A stretch of 64,000 bases of DNA from Candidatus Cloacimonadales bacterium (GTDB lineage: Bacteria > Cloacimonadota > Cloacimonadia > Cloacimonadales > JAFGVF01), in NCBI GenBank assembly GCA_963662585.1, contig OY759729.1, positions 992,001 to 1,056,000 on the forward strand. Reading direction: 5' to 3'. Shown here one piece after another: positions 62,700 through 64,000 of this stretch (position 1 is its first letter; each line of letters starts with the position of its first letter). Below the pieces are notes generated by a model. That model had not been told where the DNA came from. It saw only the letters and a list, made by a program, of their open reading frames with translations, and made no database searches. The position numbers and the translations under genes are program-made.

Positions 62700-62728
62700 A
62701 AAACCCTCTCATTGCTGAGAGGGTTTTT
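62700..62728. terminator. Bidirectional terminator between nrdJ and the OmpA-family gene
   Basis: Stem AAAACCCTCTCA/TGAGAGGGTTTT. Confidence 0.8.
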
Positions 62729-62749
62729 ATAATATTATCCTTTAATTAT

Positions 62750-64000
62750 TTATTCGTCTAAAGGATTAATTTCTAAAATATCATTTGATGATTTAACAGC
62801 AGGAATAAACCAACCATTAAGTATCTGTTTAACATCTTGTTCAAAACTATCATTTTTAAGTCCATCTTCAATACTAATAGCTTTCACTTCTACACGATTG
62901 TTATTATTAAAAAGGTGTACTTGAATGTTACTTTCAATTTGGTAATCTTTAGCGATTCTGGCAATTCTACCTTTAATGATATTTTGTTCTGAATCAGTAA
63001 AGAAAGGTTCAGTAGATTCTTCTTCCATTTCACTATCTTTAGCAAGATCTTCATTCATAACTTCTTCTTCAGTAGTTGGTTCAACAAGAGTCATAACTTC
63101 CTCTTCAACTTCAACAACTTCTGCTACTTCATCTGTAGCTTCTGTTGTAACTTCAGGAGTCTCTTCAAGAACTTCTACTTCTTCAACTATAACAGCCTCA
63201 GTCTCTTTTTCAACTTCTGGCATAACCATTTTCTCTTCATGAATAGGAGCTTGTTCAGCTTCTGTCATTTCAGTTGATTTCATCATTGCTTGATCAGGTC
63301 TAGCTACTACAAATTCAACTCTTCTATTAAGCTGTCTGTTCTCTTCACTATCATTGGCTACTTTAGGATTTTCTTGACCTTCACCACGATAATTAAGAAT
63401 TTCACTATCTATACCTTTATTGATTAGATATTGATATACTGATTTTGCTCTTCTTTCTGAAAGATCTTGATTATATTTAGCACTACCGATATCATCTGTA
63501 TAACCGATGATACATACATTAATTCCAGGATTTGTCATTATAGTAGCAACTAATTTATCTAAACTAGGGAAAGATTCTTCTTTTAAAGTAGCTTTATCAA
63601 AATCAAAATAGATGTTTTCAATTACATAATTCTTCTCTTCTAAAAGTTCAATTTGAATATCATAATTAAGTTCTTTGATGCCATCTTCAAAAAGAATTGA
63701 ATTTGAGTATACTTGATAATTTGGTTTAGCAATCTCAAAATAAACTGAATCTACTTTTGGTAAATAAAGATTGTAATAACCATTTGCATTTGATTGAATT
63801 ACATTAACAATCTTCTGATCCTTATAAGTATAAGACCAGTTAATATCTGCTGAAACAAGAGCACCTTTATTATCAGTTACTTCACCTGAAATTCTAATAC
63901 CATCAAGGTATTCTTCATTTAGAACAACAACTTTATAAATATCTTCTGCTCCAACACCATTTGCTCTATCTGAAGAGATAAAAGCTTCATTAGAATTATT
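62750..64000 (-). CDS. OmpA-family peptidoglycan-binding protein, 5' end beyond the window: PD40 repeat, carboxypeptidase-regulatory-like domain, OmpA_C, acidic linker, extra C-terminal domain
   Basis: The frame is open from 64000, 154 codons before the track ATG: AFISSDRANGVGAEDIY, ISGEVTD...SNANGYY, NIYFDFDKATL, GYTDDIG..YNQDLSERRA, NRRVEF. Confidence 0.85.
   Translation of the reverse strand, partial: NNSNEAFISSDRANGVGAEDIYKVVVLNEEYLDGIRISGEVTDNKGALVSADINWSYTYKDQKIVNVIQSNANGYYNLYLPKVDSVYFEIAKPNYQVYSNSILFEDGIKELNYDIQIELLEEKNYVIENIYFDFDKATLKEESFPSLDKLVATIMTNPGINVCIIGYTDDIGSAKYNQDLSERRAKSVYQYLINKGIDSEILNYRGEGQENPKVANDSEENRQLNRRVEFVVARPDQAMMKSTEMTEAEQAPIHEEKMVMPEVEKETEAVIVEEVEVLEETPEVTTEATDEVAEVVEVEEEVMTLVEPTTEEEVMNEDLAKDSEMEEESTEPFFTDSEQNIIKGRIARIAKDYQIESNIQVHLFNNNNRVEVKAISIEDGLKNDSFEQDVKQILNGWFIPAVKSSNDILEINPLDE

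Overview
A 64 kb AT-rich stretch of a bacterial chromosome, standard genetic code. Several secreted proteins end in Por/T9SS-type or FlgD-Ig C-terminal domains (PNP...IYNLxGQxV...SGxY), and the gene set fits an anaerobic peptide fermenter, so the source may be Candidatus Cloacimonadota or a relative (inference). Housekeeping blocks: cmk-plsC-ispH-rpsA; tilS-hpt-ftsH; hslV-hslU; pyrR-pyrF-dCMP deaminase-TolC-MFP; an acyl-CoA dehydrogenase; folC; nifJ (PFOR); cls; a solitary dnaA with a cluster of DnaA boxes; lon; class II RNR nrdJ. Most notable items: (1) a COG2403 'GTPase' beside carbamate kinase, probably arginine synthetase ArcE; (2) a TPR-domain sigma54 activator next to a LamG secreted protein that has a correctly spaced -24/-12 promoter and candidate enhancer repeats; (3) a 54-aa basic Cys4 zinc-ribbon protein missed by the ORF track; (4) a catalytically degenerate hybrid kinase; (5) an atypical histidine phosphatase; (6) a 974-aa orphan membrane protein; (7) a PorE-like OmpA protein with an extra TonB-C-like tail; (8) several intergenic palindromic repeat families, including a GC-rich hairpin island upstream of dnaA. 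No rRNA, tRNA, CRISPR array, transposase or prophage gene was seen. All family assignments come from motif recognition by eye, not from database searches.
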